Assembly: GCA_030706745.1 (NCBI GenBank)
Contig: JAUZNX010000006.1
Location: 140,998-204,997 of the forward strand
DNA length: 64,000 nucleotides
Source of the DNA: Bacteroidota bacterium
Lineage (GTDB): Bacteria; Bacteroidota; Ignavibacteria; Palsa-1295
Direction of reading: 5' to 3'
Shown: piece by piece, positions 9,972-20,914 of the stretch
Position numbering within the stretch: the stretch's first letter is position 1
How the letters are laid out: every line of letters starts with the position of its first letter
Notes under the pieces: model-generated
Told to the model about the DNA's origin: nothing
The model's database searches: none
What the model saw: the letters and a program-made list of their open reading frames with translations, nothing else
Program-made: the position numbers and the translations under genes

Positions 9972-12587
9972 ATGCCAGAAGGCAATTTTTCAAATCGAGT
10001 TCAGGACGTCATTCGGCTGTCGCGCGAAGAAGCGATCCGGCTAGGCCATGATTACATCGGCACGGAGCACCTGCTCCTCGGGATTATTCGGGAGGGCGAA
10101 GGGATCGCGGTCAAGATCCTCCGCAATCTCGGGGCCGACCTTTATAAGATCAAGAAGGCGATCGAGGATACCGTTCGGTCATCCGGATCGACGCTCACGA
10201 TCGGCAATATCCCGCTGACCAAGCAGGCTGAGAAGGTGCTGAAGATCACCTATCTCGAAGCCAAACTGTACAAGAGCGATGTCATCGGCACCGAGCACCT
10301 GCTGCTGTCGCTGTTGCGCGATGAGGATAATATTGCCGCGCAAATCCTGAATCAGTTTACGGTCACCTACGATGCCGTACGTGCCGAGCTTGATAATATC
10401 ATCTCGGGCCGCCCAACATCACCGCCAAAAACCGCCGCGGCAGACGCGACGAAAAAGCCCGAGCGGACGAAAACGCCCGTGCTCGATAACTTCGGTCGCG
10501 ACCTGACCAAAATGGCTGCGGACGACAAACTCGACCCCATTGTGGGCCGAGAGAAGGAGATCGAGCGCGTGAGCCAGGTGCTCTCACGCCGCAAGAAAAA
10601 TAATCCGGTGCTTATTGGCGAGCCAGGCGTTGGCAAAACCGCAATCGCGGAAGGCCTGGCGCTGCGCATCGTTCAGAAGAAGGTCCCGCGCATTCTTTAC
10701 GAGAAGCGCGTGGTCACCCTCGATCTGGCTGCACTCGTGGCCGGCACAAAGTACCGCGGTCAGTTCGAAGAGCGTATGAAGGCTGTGATGAACGAGCTTG
10801 AAAAAGCGAAAGACGTCATTCTCTTCATCGATGAGCTTCATACAATCGTTGGCGCCGGTGGCGCTTCGGGTTCGCTCGATGCTTCGAACATGTTCAAGCC
10901 GGCGCTGGCCCGTGGCGACATCCAGTGCATTGGCGCGACGACGTTAGACGAGTACCGCCAGTACATCGAAAAGGATGGTGCTCTCGACCGACGCTTCCAG
11001 AAGATCATTGTCGATCCGCCGACTGTCGAGCAGACGATCACGATCCTGAATAACATCAAGCTGAAGTATGAGCAGCACCATAGCGTGCATTACTCGGAGA
11101 AGGCGATCGAGCAAGCTGTAAAACTTTCCGACCGCTATATCACGGACCGTTTCCTGCCCGATAAGGCCATTGACGTGCTCGATGAAGCCGGCAGCCGCGT
11201 GCATCTGGCAAATGTTCATGCGCCGAAGAATATTGAGGAGCTGGAGAAGAAGATCGAAGAGGTCAAGACCGAAAAGAATCTTGTCGTCAAGACCCAGAAC
11301 TTCGAAGAAGCGGCTCGCTTGCGCGATCTTGAAAAGAAGTATCAGCAAGATCTCGAATTGGCTGTTTCCCAGTGGGAGGCCGAGACGGGCGCACAGGTCT
11401 ACGAAGTCAGCGAAGAGGACATTGCAGATGTCGTCGCAATGATGACGGGTATCCCGGTTAACAAGGTTGCCGAAGGTGAAACCTCGAAGTTGCTCAACAT
11501 GATGGAGTCCCTGCGTGGCTCTGTCGTTGGTCAGGACGAGGCCATCGAGAAGTTGACGAAGGCAATCCGCCGGGCTCGCGCCGGACTCAAAGATCCGAAT
11601 CGGCCCATCGGCAGCTTTATCTTCCTTGGCCCTACGGGCGTGGGAAAAACCGAGCTCGCGAAAGTGCTCGCGCGGTATCTCTTCGATACCGATGATGCAC
11701 TGGTGCGCATTGACATGTCGGAATACATGGAGAAATTCTCCGTGAGCCGATTGGTCGGCGCGCCTCCAGGATACGTCGGGTACGAAGAAGGCGGCCAACT
11801 GACCGAGAAGGTCCGTCGCAAACCGTATTCGGTCGTACTCTTGGACGAGATCGAGAAAGCGCATCCAGATGTGTTCAACATCCTGCTGCAAGTACTCGAT
11901 GATGGCCAACTTACCGATTCGCTCGGTCGCCGCGTCGATTTCAAGAACACGATCATCATCATGACGTCGAACGTCGGCACCAAGGACATTAAGAAGCAGG
12001 CCCGCATCGGATTTGGGGAGTCTGCCGGCGGCGATGAACATACGAAGATGAAGGACCAGGTCGATGAGTCCATGAAGCGACTCTTCAATCCGGAATTCCT
12101 CAATCGTATCGACGACACGATTGTCTTCCGTCACCTCGAGAAGGACGATATCAAGCTGATCATCAAGATCTCGCTCGGCAAGTTGCTCAAGCGGGTGCAT
12201 GAGATGGGCGTTGAGGTCGAACTGACCGATAAGGCGCTGGACTTCCTCTCCGAGAAAGGATATGACAAGACATTCGGCGCGCGCCCACTCAAGCGCGCAA
12301 TGCAGAAATTTGTCGAAGACCCAATCGCCGAGGAAATTCTGAAGGGGACGGTCAAGGATGGTACACTCGTCAAGGTCGATGTCGCGGCTAACGGAGCAGA
12401 GTTGCTGTTTACGATCGAGACGAAGGCGGGTGTCGGACCGGACGCACAGCCCGTTTCCCTTCCAACGGCCTCGATCGATGAAGTGATGAAGGAAGCCGGC
12501 ATCACGACGGCCCCACCAGAAGAAGAAGCGCACCACGAAGCGCACACGGATTCTGGCGGCGATCATCCAGAACCAGCAGAGGTATAA
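9972..12587 (+). CDS. clpC: ATP-dependent Clp protease ATP-binding subunit ClpC
   Basis: Two Clp_N repeats, AAA-1 [12 protein letters not shown]-like linker, AAA-2 GPTGVGKTE, ClpB D2-small domain. ATG at 9972 preceded by AGGAGA. Confidence 0.9.
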   Translation: MPEGNFSNRVQDVIRLSREEAIRLGHDYIGTEHLLLGIIREGEGIAVKILRNLGADLYKIKKAIEDTVRSSGSTLTIGNIPLTKQAEKVLKITYLEAKLYKSDVIGTEHLLLSLLRDEDNIAAQILNQFTVTYDAVRAELDNIISGRPTSPPKTAAADATKKPERTKTPVLDNFGRDLTKMAADDKLDPIVGREKEIERVSQVLSRRKKNNPVLIGEPGVGKTAIAEGLALRIVQKKVPRILYEKRVVTLDLAALVAGTKYRGQFEERMKAVMNELEKAKDVILFIDELHTIVGAGGASGSLDASNMFKPALARGDIQCIGATTLDEYRQYIEKDGALDRRFQKIIVDPPTVEQTITILNNIKLKYEQHHSVHYSEKAIEQAVKLSDRYITDRFLPDKAIDVLDEAGSRVHLANVHAPKNIEELEKKIEEVKTEKNLVVKTQNFEEAARLRDLEKKYQQDLELAVSQWEAETGAQVYEVSEEDIADVVAMMTGIPVNKVAEGETSKLLNMMESLRGSVVGQDEAIEKLTKAIRRARAGLKDPNRPIGSFIFLGPTGVGKTELAKVLARYLFDTDDALVRIDMSEYMEKFSVSRLVGAPPGYVGYEEGGQLTEKVRRKPYSVVLLDEIEKAHPDVFNILLQVLDDGQLTDSLGRRVDFKNTIIIMTSNVGTKDIKKQARIGFGESAGGDEHTKMKDQVDESMKRLFNPEFLNRIDDTIVFRHLEKDDIKLIIKISLGKLLKRVHEMGVEVELTDKALDFLSEKGYDKTFGARPLKRAMQKFVEDPIAEEILKGTVKDGTLVKVDVAANGAELLFTIETKAGVGPDAQPVSLPTASIDEVMKEAGITTAPPEEEAHHEAHTDSGGDHPEPAEV

Positions 12588-12591
12588 ATAG

Positions 12592-12625
12592 AAAGGCCGG
12601 GTCTTTGACCCGGCCTTTTCATTTC
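12592..12625 (+). terminator. Rho-independent terminator after clpC
   Basis: aaaGGCCGGGTctttgACCCGGCCtttt: 8-bp GC stem, 5-nt loop, T-run. Confidence 0.85.
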
Positions 12626-12651
12626 AACACAGCTTTGCTGTTGCCTGAGAG

Positions 12652-13839
12652 TTAGGCTGCTTCCAGCACTCCGCCAGAGGCAACCTTCGTGTTCGATATA
12701 AGGTCGCGCTCACCTAAGTTTACGCCACCGAAGAAGCGCGCGCGGTTGTAGGCATCGAGGTTCTTATTGCAGACGATCTGGAAGCAGGTCGAATTACCTT
12801 GCTTCGCAATATCGACCGACCAGGCCAGGAAGATCTCCCAGCAACGGAACCACCACTCGCCATACTTGGCAAGAATTTCTGCTTTGTGCGATTGCCAGTT
12901 GTTGTACCACTTCTGGATCGTGAGTGAGTAATGGATACCAACATTTTCGACCGAGTGAATTTCGAAGCCGGCACCTTCGAGGCGCTTGACAACAAAACTG
13001 AGCGGGCAACTCGCGTCAGCACCAGGGAAGATATACTCTCCCATAAATCCGCCCCACACGAGCGACTCCTGATGATATCCGGCGCGAAGTCCGGCGATCT
13101 GAAGATAAAAAAGCCCGTCGTCTTTCAATAGTCCGGCAATCTGCCTCATGAAGCGCTGGAAATATTTAACGCCCACGTGCTCGGCCATTTCGAGGCATGA
13201 GATCTTATCGAACTTGTCCTGCGGGATCGAGCGGTAGTCCATGCGGTGAACGCGAGCATGACTCTTGACACCCCAACGCTCGATTTGATCGTTCGCGTAG
13301 TCCGCGCCCTTTTGCGCAATCGTGATACCGGTCGAGTCCGTCCCGTAATACTTGGCAGAATGTGCGACGAGCGTTCCCCATCCGCAGCCAATATCAAGGT
13401 GGCGCTCGCCTTTCTTCATCTGCAATTTTTGGCAGACGAGGTTCATCTTCTGGTCCTGCGCCGTCTCCAAGTCCTCGAGACCCGTCTTGAAAAAGCCAGA
13501 CGTATAGACCATACGGTCACCTAAAAATCCAGCGAAGAAATCATTGCCGCGATCGTAGTGATCCCGTATCACCCGCTCATCCTGCGCCTTCGAGTGGATG
13601 GTGACCTGGGGTATGAACTTCGAGAACAGAAATTTCAGATGGTGCTGCGTGTATTTGTAATTGAAAAAGAACGTTCGGTTCTGGATGATCTCCTGCACCG
13701 AGCATTTGAGATCCACACGCCCGTTCATGTAGTCCTCGATGAATGTCGTGATCGGAATCTTGACACCGTTCTGATAGCGCGACTTCACGCTCTGATCCTT
13801 GACGGAAACGACGTCCGTGATATTCTTGATTTGCTGCAT
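12652..13839 (-). CDS. cfa: Cyclopropane-fatty-acyl-phospholipid synthase family SAM-dependent methyltransferase
   Basis: LDIGCGWGTL SAM-binding motif and overall CMAS-family (PF02353) layout, 395 aa. Confidence 0.8.
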   Translation of the reverse strand: MQQIKNITDVVSVKDQSVKSRYQNGVKIPITTFIEDYMNGRVDLKCSVQEIIQNRTFFFNYKYTQHHLKFLFSKFIPQVTIHSKAQDERVIRDHYDRGNDFFAGFLGDRMVYTSGFFKTGLEDLETAQDQKMNLVCQKLQMKKGERHLDIGCGWGTLVAHSAKYYGTDSTGITIAQKGADYANDQIERWGVKSHARVHRMDYRSIPQDKFDKISCLEMAEHVGVKYFQRFMRQIAGLLKDDGLFYLQIAGLRAGYHQESLVWGGFMGEYIFPGADASCPLSFVVKRLEGAGFEIHSVENVGIHYSLTIQKWYNNWQSHKAEILAKYGEWWFRCWEIFLAWSVDIAKQGNSTCFQIVCNKNLDAYNRARFFGGVNLGERDLISNTKVASGGVLEAA

Positions 13840-13944
13840 ATTGTTGAAATAGACGATGGAAACTTGAGTAGGCGGGACTCTGACGAAACGGACCGGAACA
13901 GGCGTGTCCGGGCTCTAGGAGTACGAGCAATCAGGGGGAATCGT

Positions 13945-14421
13945 TCACTTCTCCCCCGCAACCTTCGGCAAAGCCTGGTACTCCTCGGTGGAGCGGACGA
14001 TCGAGTCGATATATTCGAAAAGCTGTTCCGGATGGTAAGTATTTGGATGCAACCCTTGAATCGAGCCTTGCCACGTTATCGTGTGGTCCAGCGTATCGGC
14101 CTGGATGCGAAGCGAGTGGTGCAGCGTGTCGGTCTCGCTGGTATGGGTAAATTTGGCGGGCATTTGGTAGAAATGGAGCACCAGCGCCTTGTTCAGGATC
14201 AACAACTGCTGGCCCGGATCGAGTGTGATATTTGTCTGCGCGTAGTGGCCCGGCGCGATCTCCTTTTTGTAGTATCCTTCATACGTGTTCAGCTCGCTTT
14301 TGCCGGGATACGAGCACCGGATATCGACGTGGATGATATTCGTCGCCGTTTTCTCGCTTTTGAAATTAACAACGCATGAAGAGGCACACAGGGCAAGTGA
14401 CAAAACCAAGAGTGATTTCAT
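13945..14421 (-). CDS. Lipoprotein, hypothetical (start refined to MKSLLVLSLALCASSC...)
   Basis: Lipobox LCASSC. ATG confirmed. Stop of the upstream gene is 2 nt away, so they are co-transcribed. Confidence 0.6.
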   Translation of the reverse strand: MKSLLVLSLALCASSCVVNFKSEKTATNIIHVDIRCSYPGKSELNTYEGYYKKEIAPGHYAQTNITLDPGQQLLILNKALVLHFYQMPAKFTHTSETDTLHHSLRIQADTLDHTITWQGSIQGLHPNTYHPEQLFEYIDSIVRSTEEYQALPKVAGEK

Positions 14422-14423
14422 AG

Positions 14424-15743
14424 CTATTTGTTTATATCCAGTCTCATTCCGCAGGCATGACCGTAGGAATCGTAATTCTCGCCGAGAGCACCAAATCCAT
14501 AGGAATAGACGGCAATGGGAGACACGCAATTCACAACATGGCGACCAGCTTCCACTAATAGTGGTACGACACTCAGTTTGTCAGCTATTCGTGTATGCTT
14601 GACGTTTGGGCCAATCTTCCGGCCATCGACGCGGATCGAACTGAACGCGGAGTCGGGGGCCACAATATTGAGGTAATGATACCACTGACCTGTGCCGACG
14701 GAGGTCGTCGCTACTTCTTTGATAAACCGGTCGTTCGGCACTACGATCAGCATAAACGGATCGCCAATTTTGATGCTGTCTGCATTTGCACTCGTCGAGT
14801 ACTGCGCCACAAGCACTGGCTTCGAAGCCTGAATTTCTGCATCCGAATGAAGTGTGTCGATTTCGCAATATCCTCCCTTCTGCAAACTCGCCACGCGGGC
14901 GCCATTGAGAACGACCTCTGTTGAGTCCTCCCGCGCAATGACACGCACGACAGAATAGGTCTTGCCTTCGAACTTCGTCACGATAAATTCCTTTCCCCAA
15001 TCGTTGGCCGGCGGCTCCTCTTCGAGCAGCATATCGCAGAACTGCACGTCATTCGGCACTTGCGCGCATCGATGGCCGGTGAAGAAGGCGATGGGCTTGC
15101 TGGCTGTCACGATTGTTCCAGTCAGGTCACTATGCGCCGAATCGCCCGCGCCTTGTGATTGGAAGACTTCGCCACGGTTCAGCACAAACATGATCGTCCT
15201 TCCGGCAGGCTCGCCATCACGCGTCGTGGCAGTCAGATGGGCCGTCACGAGTGTATTGTCCTCGGTTGCGATAATTTCTGCCTGAGAAGTGAAAGTCGGA
15301 TAGCCTTGAGACATCAACGAGGCATAACCTGCTACGATATATTCCTTCCCAAGCATTGACGTTGGAATCGCCACATAGCTATCGGTGCTCGCCTTGCGAT
15401 GACTCACGGCCGTGAGTGTTATATCGTGATCGCACGTGACGTGAATGGACTTGCGCTCGACCTGCCCGCTGGAAGTGATAACGATCGACGAATCGATCTC
15501 AACGGGAATTTCCGCTCCATACTCGACCGAAAACGGGATCTTCCCTGTGTCGTTCATCAGCTGGATTGTGCCGGTCGTCCGCGAGTCAGACGTGATATGA
15601 AGGGTCAGCTCAATGGCGGTACCCTGCTCGTAAATGGCATTGGCCGGAAAGCAAATCCAGAAATCGCGGCCTTGATAGCCCTGCCCAAAAGCAGAGGCGG
15701 CGATACAAGTCAGGAAACAGGCGAGGATTATGCGTTGGATCAT
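14424..15743 (-). CDS. Secreted protein, possibly with an IgGFc-binding-protein N-terminal-like domain (tentative)
   Basis: Signal peptide MIQRIILACFLTCIAASAFGQ. C-terminal ...VYSYGFGALGENYDSYGHACGMRL resembles that family. Domain call is from memory only. Confidence 0.4.
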   Translation of the reverse strand: MIQRIILACFLTCIAASAFGQGYQGRDFWICFPANAIYEQGTAIELTLHITSDSRTTGTIQLMNDTGKIPFSVEYGAEIPVEIDSSIVITSSGQVERKSIHVTCDHDITLTAVSHRKASTDSYVAIPTSMLGKEYIVAGYASLMSQGYPTFTSQAEIIATEDNTLVTAHLTATTRDGEPAGRTIMFVLNRGEVFQSQGAGDSAHSDLTGTIVTASKPIAFFTGHRCAQVPNDVQFCDMLLEEEPPANDWGKEFIVTKFEGKTYSVVRVIAREDSTEVVLNGARVASLQKGGYCEIDTLHSDAEIQASKPVLVAQYSTSANADSIKIGDPFMLIVVPNDRFIKEVATTSVGTGQWYHYLNIVAPDSAFSSIRVDGRKIGPNVKHTRIADKLSVVPLLVEAGRHVVNCVSPIAVYSYGFGALGENYDSYGHACGMRLDINK

Positions 15744-15807
15744 TTGGCTGCGAATTTACGTGTAACATTCTCCCGGTTTCGAAGTTCTTATCATCGACAA
15801 GTAATTC

Positions 15808-17973
15808 GTGAGCACCCAACCCTACGTTATTCTGAGCGCAGTGAAGCATCGCTTGCCCTTCGGGGAGCGGTCCTTTAGGATTCGCTCTGTTCAGAAGAAG
15901 CTTTGCGTTGCACTCTTACTATTTGTGGTTTTGTCCTCCCTTGCCAATGCCCAGCCGCAGGAAAATCTCTGGCAAAAGCTTGCGACGTTCCCGCATAAGA
16001 TCTTCACGATTCAGTTTCTCGATATGCCAGGTCCTCCACGCATCGGGTTTGTGGGCGCAGATAGTATGGTCTATCGCACCACGAATGGCGGCGAAACCTG
16101 GCTGCCAACGGTGGCCTCCGATTACGGTTTCGATGCATCCGATTTCGCATTCAAAGATTCGCTCACTGGGTGGTTCTCCAATTGGTCATCGACTGGCGCT
16201 CCGTACTTCAAGACAACCGATGGCGGAGTGACGTGGTCCGCTCAGACCGCTCCGACCGCCTACTGCTCCTCGATATGTTATCGGCCAAAGCAAAATCTTC
16301 TCTTCCTATCTGTATGGCCCGTTCAGGGAATCAAACACTCGTGCCTATCTACCGATGAAGGTCTCACGTGGAGCGTGTTCGCGACCGATCCTCCACTCAA
16401 TGGCTACGCCTTCCTGAACGACGATAGTGGTATTGTTACACACTATCACGATCCCGGTTACTTGCGAACGACGGATGGCGGTTTGACCTGGACAGGCGTC
16501 CTTCGTGGCGGCAATGACGAGACCTGGCAACCCCTTGCTGATACCGTGCACCAACTCGTTTGGGCCGCATCGGAGAACCATCAGACCCTCAATGTCTCCT
16601 CGGATGGCGGACTGAACTTCGTCAGCTTGCTCCCGGGTCGCAAGTTCTGGACCACCGGCACGATGCGCGAGAGCCCCTGTGGTGCGCTCTTCGTCGAAGC
16701 AAACAATGACCCCAACAGTACGAGCAGCGGCATACTTCGATCGGACGACGGTGGCCAAACATGGCCGCCCGTCACAGATCGGCGCGGAAACATCGGACCG
16801 TCCGAAGAAAATGACACGCGATTTTATGTACGCGGCAGCTACATTTACGCGCCCGGTGAAGATGCCGCCGCAACGACCTTCACGTTGTGGCGATACATTG
16901 GAGACTCGACTGAGTATGATGGCGGGCACTTCGATCGTCCGCTGGCAGCATCGCATCGGATTGAGATCAATGGTTTACAGTGCGGCCCGACCGATTCTAC
17001 GTTCTTCATTCGTTATCTGAATGATTGTGTACCGGCCGTATTCGACTCGGCGAGAATCGAGCCACCATCGCGATTTCGTCTGGTACTTCGGGATACACTG
17101 CCCTACCCGATCAGTGGCGATTATCCGATTATTATCGAGCACGATCCGCTATTCCACACACCGGATACCGGGACGCTCTACCTCGCGTACCATTCGCACG
17201 GTGTAGCATATTACGACACCGTACGAATCACTGGCAACGTCGCCGGCAATCGCTTGCTACCCCACCTGACACTGCTCGCCAATGGCAATCCATCAGCACA
17301 AGTCAAAGCTGGTGATACTGTGTTGCTCACGCTGCGTCTGCTCGATTCCATCTCCGGCTCAACCGGACTCGATTCGATTCTGATGCAGACTTCATTCGAT
17401 AGCACGATGCTCGAGCTTGCTCCTGGCCCTGACGTCATGCCACCATTCTCGATCTTACGCGAATCGCACACACTTGGGAGCGAAACGCTCGTCGTGCGGC
17501 ACCCGCACGGGGAAGATTTGCCCGCAGGTACTGACATCGCGCGCATACCCTACCGGACATATCTCACGATAGGCCGCGAAGCAATTTACTCCGCCGATCA
17601 AATTCGTTTTAATGATACGCTCTTCGATGATTGCGTTGCAGCGGCATCCATCACGAATTCCCCATTTGACATCACCATCCTTGGCTGCGGCGATTCGACA
17701 CTCCGGGCTTTCATGCAAGGCGAGCCGCTGATTCAGATCCTGCGCGTCCAGAGTGGCAGCGAACCATCGATTGATCTGCATGCATCGCGAGATTTTGACG
17801 CAGAAGTTGTCGTCTTTACCGAACTGGGAATTCCAGTGAGAACGATTCCAATGTCGTTACTTTCTGGCGATCAGGCGGTGAGTCTTGAGGGATTGCCGAG
17901 CGGATTCTATATGATTGGAGTTCAATACCATGGGCGCTCCATTGCGCGAAGCAGAGTCGTTGTAGTTCGGTAG
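15808..17973 (+). CDS. BNR/Asp-box (Ycf48/sialidase-like) repeat protein with T9SS C-terminal sorting domain. 5' end uncertain: GTG at 15808, alternative GTG near 15841.
   Basis: Repeated TTNGGETW / TTDGGVTW / STDEGLTWS / TTDGGLTW / SSDGGLNF / SDDGGQTW boxes. C-terminal ...GLPSGFYMIGVQYHGRSIARSRVVVVR. Confidence 0.7.
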   Translation: MSTQPYVILSAVKHRLPFGERSFRIRSVQKKLCVALLLFVVLSSLANAQPQENLWQKLATFPHKIFTIQFLDMPGPPRIGFVGADSMVYRTTNGGETWLPTVASDYGFDASDFAFKDSLTGWFSNWSSTGAPYFKTTDGGVTWSAQTAPTAYCSSICYRPKQNLLFLSVWPVQGIKHSCLSTDEGLTWSVFATDPPLNGYAFLNDDSGIVTHYHDPGYLRTTDGGLTWTGVLRGGNDETWQPLADTVHQLVWAASENHQTLNVSSDGGLNFVSLLPGRKFWTTGTMRESPCGALFVEANNDPNSTSSGILRSDDGGQTWPPVTDRRGNIGPSEENDTRFYVRGSYIYAPGEDAAATTFTLWRYIGDSTEYDGGHFDRPLAASHRIEINGLQCGPTDSTFFIRYLNDCVPAVFDSARIEPPSRFRLVLRDTLPYPISGDYPIIIEHDPLFHTPDTGTLYLAYHSHGVAYYDTVRITGNVAGNRLLPHLTLLANGNPSAQVKAGDTVLLTLRLLDSISGSTGLDSILMQTSFDSTMLELAPGPDVMPPFSILRESHTLGSETLVVRHPHGEDLPAGTDIARIPYRTYLTIGREAIYSADQIRFNDTLFDDCVAAASITNSPFDITILGCGDSTLRAFMQGEPLIQILRVQSGSEPSIDLHASRDFDAEVVVFTELGIPVRTIPMSLLSGDQAVSLEGLPSGFYMIGVQYHGRSIARSRVVVVR

Positions 17974-17982
17974 CGTCTTTCT

Positions 17983-18795
17983 TCAGAGATATACGGACGC
18001 ACCCTTTGGAATAACACCCGTCAGCACTCCATAAATATAAGCTGCACCTAAACTTATGGCAAGGGAAAGCGCCATCAGACAAAAGTAGGCGACTGTTGTA
18101 GTCACAAACCGGAGAAAGAGGGCCACACCGCGATCGGCATAAACACGCCTCATGGCAACAAACAGATAGATCAGAAATGCAGTGAGTCCGGCGATCGTCA
18201 AATCGCCAGAATCGAGTGACACACCAGGAGCAAACACTATCAAAGCCAGGGAACACACGTAATAGGAGAATATGATGTGCTCCACATAGAGCCTCCTGCG
18301 GCCATAAAGGATTTTGAGGCTCAAAGCAAGGAGTGGTGCGGAAAAAATCAGAATTGTATAGGGCGCAATCTCGGTGACATAAGTTAGGATTGCCACTCCA
18401 TTCTGTCGCGCATGTGTTGCGTTGCTGGTGTTCACAGCAAGATTGAGGACTCCGGAGTGTGATGGGAGCGGTCGCTGAATCTTTTCCTTTGCCATCGAAC
18501 CGAAGAACAAGAAGAATACGATGCCTATCAGAAGATAGAGGCGCAACGGCTTCATGTAGCGTTGCCGCCGGCCTGCAGTATACTCCTTCATCAAAAACCC
18601 GGGCCGGAAGAGTGCAGGAACCGTGCGGACGAGCTTCGAATCAAGTTCGACAAACTCGCGCGATAGCTCCCTCAGATAATGCTTGACCGTTGGCAGCGCT
18701 GGCTCCATCTCCTCACCGCACGCCGGACAATACGTGCCCGATGATGCCACGCCGCAATCGGGACAAACCCTGACCTCAATCACTTCCATGTTCAT
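17983..18795 (-). CDS. DUF3667-like membrane protein with N-terminal zinc ribbon
   Basis: CPDCG...CPACG at the N-terminus followed by multiple TM segments. Confidence 0.55.
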   Translation of the reverse strand: MNMEVIEVRVCPDCGVASSGTYCPACGEEMEPALPTVKHYLRELSREFVELDSKLVRTVPALFRPGFLMKEYTAGRRQRYMKPLRLYLLIGIVFFLFFGSMAKEKIQRPLPSHSGVLNLAVNTSNATHARQNGVAILTYVTEIAPYTILIFSAPLLALSLKILYGRRRLYVEHIIFSYYVCSLALIVFAPGVSLDSGDLTIAGLTAFLIYLFVAMRRVYADRGVALFLRFVTTTVAYFCLMALSLAISLGAAYIYGVLTGVIPKGASVYL

Positions 18796-18829
18796 TCTAC
18801 AAAGATACCACCGTAACTAAAGCCCGCCG

Positions 18830-19579
18830 TCATCGCACTCCATTCATCCGTCGAAAGATTTGATCGGCAACATCCTTCGGTGCGCTCATCAGATTCGCTG
18901 CCATCCCAACCGCAATCTCCATTTTGTCTTCGGACATCCCCTTGATCGCAGCTTCCGCTACGTCCATTGCAGGAATGCCGCGGTCGGTTTGTCCGCGCCT
19001 GGCACGCGCACCACGATCGAGTTCGGTATCGACCGTCGGCGGGATGATCTCGAATACCTTGATACCGGTCGGCTGTAATTGATGCCGAAGTGAGATGGTG
19101 TACGAGTGGATCGCAGCCTTCGTCGCGCAATAGATCGGCATGGAGGCGATGGGGATAAAACCGAGACCCGAAGAGACATTGCAGATCGCCGCGTTCTGTT
19201 GCTTTAACAAGTGCGGCATGAGTCCTGCGGTGAGATAGACTGCACCCTCGAAATTGATTCGGAATTCGTTGTCACCTTCGTCGAGTGCCGGAATGCCACG
19301 CTTAAGATCGATCTCGCGCTGGATGCCGGCGTTGTTGATGAGGATGTTCACGCCTTCCGAGCGTGCCCAATCGGCGAGTGATGTCCGCTCCGATGCATCC
19401 GAAATATCGCTGACTTTCGTCAACAGTTCTGGTATAGCAACCTTCGCCTCCATGAGCTTTGCATCCCGCCTGCCACTGACGAGCACTGTGTTGGACGCGG
19501 CAACAAATGCGCGCGCCATCGCCAGGCCGATGCCCGTCGCGCCACCAGTAATGAGAATGGTATTGCCGGAGAGATTCAT
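18830..19579 (-). CDS. SDR family oxidoreductase
   Basis: TGGATGIG glycine motif and YxxxK catalytic motif (YCATKAA), 249 aa. Confidence 0.85.
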   Translation of the reverse strand: MNLSGNTILITGGATGIGLAMARAFVAASNTVLVSGRRDAKLMEAKVAIPELLTKVSDISDASERTSLADWARSEGVNILINNAGIQREIDLKRGIPALDEGDNEFRINFEGAVYLTAGLMPHLLKQQNAAICNVSSGLGFIPIASMPIYCATKAAIHSYTISLRHQLQPTGIKVFEIIPPTVDTELDRGARARRGQTDRGIPAMDVAEAAIKGMSEDKMEIAVGMAANLMSAPKDVADQIFRRMNGVR

Positions 19580-19671
19580 GTGTAAACGTGATTGATTGCA
19601 CCCAAACGACCCGACAAATTAACAGGTGCCGTGCACGGGGATGCCAGGCCTCCCCCAGTGGTCATCCTCCA

Positions 19672-20280
19672 TTATGTCCTGACAAATTCTGTAAGTAGTG
19701 AATAATTGCCATCATCTGCCGCGTGAAGGGCTTCGATGTATCGGTCGCGGGTTTCGCTCATTCGAGAGAGCGATTCGCTTCCCCAGGTAAATGGCGCTTG
19801 GCCATATTGCATGAGCAGAAGCTCCGTCAGCTCGCGCGCATGCCGGCCGTTTCCATTTTTGAAGTAATGGACTTTTACGATGCGATGATGAAACTCCGCA
19901 CCAAGCCGGTTCCATTCTGCTTGCGTTTTGGGTCTCGCGTGCTGCAATCGATACCGGAAGTCAGCAAGGATGTTCTCTGTTGCAGTAGCTATGATGTAGT
20001 AATCGGCAAATTTTTCATTCTGAAGCTGAACAATTCGGCGTTTGCCAGCCCATTTCCACACATCTCCGTACATTCGTTTATGCAGACGCTCCATGAATGC
20101 AGTTGTTAATAGGTCGCCATGCTTGCGAGCCCTCGACCACGCTCGGGACATGACGATATTCTGAAATTCCACCTCGTTGAGTTGCGACTGAGTTGCGATG
20201 TTCTTTGGGATCAGATCGCTCTCGTCGTTCGGGTCAATTGGTGTGGCACCTTCGGAATAATCGAATATCATTTCACCCAC
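19672..20280 (-). CDS. Fic-domain protein, 'mobile mystery protein B' type
   Basis: Fic motif HYFKNGNGRHAREL, about 200 aa. Immediately downstream of, and overlapping, the HTH partner. Confidence 0.7.
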   Translation of the reverse strand: MGEMIFDYSEGATPIDPNDESDLIPKNIATQSQLNEVEFQNIVMSRAWSRARKHGDLLTTAFMERLHKRMYGDVWKWAGKRRIVQLQNEKFADYYIIATATENILADFRYRLQHARPKTQAEWNRLGAEFHHRIVKVHYFKNGNGRHARELTELLLMQYGQAPFTWGSESLSRMSETRDRYIEALHAADDGNYSLLTEFVRT

Positions 20281-20723
20281 CTCCAGATCAGGCGCGGGTT
20301 ATTTTCGAGTTTGAGAATAAGCTCCTCTCGTGAGCCACTGACTTCAACCGATTGACCTTCGAGGTCCATTGATTGGTCGACGCCCTTCATCATTGCATCC
20401 GCTGCTTGCTCTGCGGCCTTGTGAAGTGTTTCTTCCAGCGGGCGCTTCGGAACGATCGCATAGACGAATAGGCAATCGAGCGTTTCCGCCGCACTTTGGA
20501 GCGAGGCAAGCGTAATGCTCCGATCGGCCTCTCTTTTCTCGATACGCTCGATTGCTTGAGGCGTCACTCCAATCCTATCTGCCAACGTTCGGAGCGGCAT
20601 CCCCAATGATTGACGAATGGCATGAAGCCATCCCCTCGCAGGGGCAGCGATCGTGGGGAAACTACCTACATTAAGGAGTACTTCGTCGAGTTGCTTTCTT
20701 TGAATCCTTTTACTCATTCGCAT
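20268..20723 (-). CDS. HTH (XRE-like) protein, 'mobile mystery protein A' type
   Basis: LRTLADRIGVTPQAIERIEK helix-turn-helix. Overlaps the Fic partner by 13 nt. Confidence 0.6.
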   Translation of the reverse strand: MRMSKRIQRKQLDEVLLNVGSFPTIAAPARGWLHAIRQSLGMPLRTLADRIGVTPQAIERIEKREADRSITLASLQSAAETLDCLFVYAIVPKRPLEETLHKAAEQAADAMMKGVDQSMDLEGQSVEVSGSREELILKLENNPRLIWRWVK

Positions 20724-20914
20724 ATCAACCCATATGTTTAAGTAACGATTCCTATTAACAACCTATATGTTGATTCTCACTAAGTGTCTTTCAACGTATA
20801 CGTAGAAGGCTTTGATAATCCAATTAACACCATCAAGCTTACAGCGCAAATTTATGAATGTCCACTGCCAGAACAATAAACTTATCCACAAACTGAGCCT
20901 TACTATATATTTTT

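Noticed and set aside
10944-12566. 540-aa minus-strand ORF inside clpC, and similar long antisense ORFs inside the SulP gene (53348–54244 on minus, 53749–54810 on plus) and the DUF2156 and PNPase genes
   Set aside because: These are shadow ORFs typical of high-GC coding regions. They lie antisense to strongly supported genes and show low-complexity Arg/Ser-rich translations.
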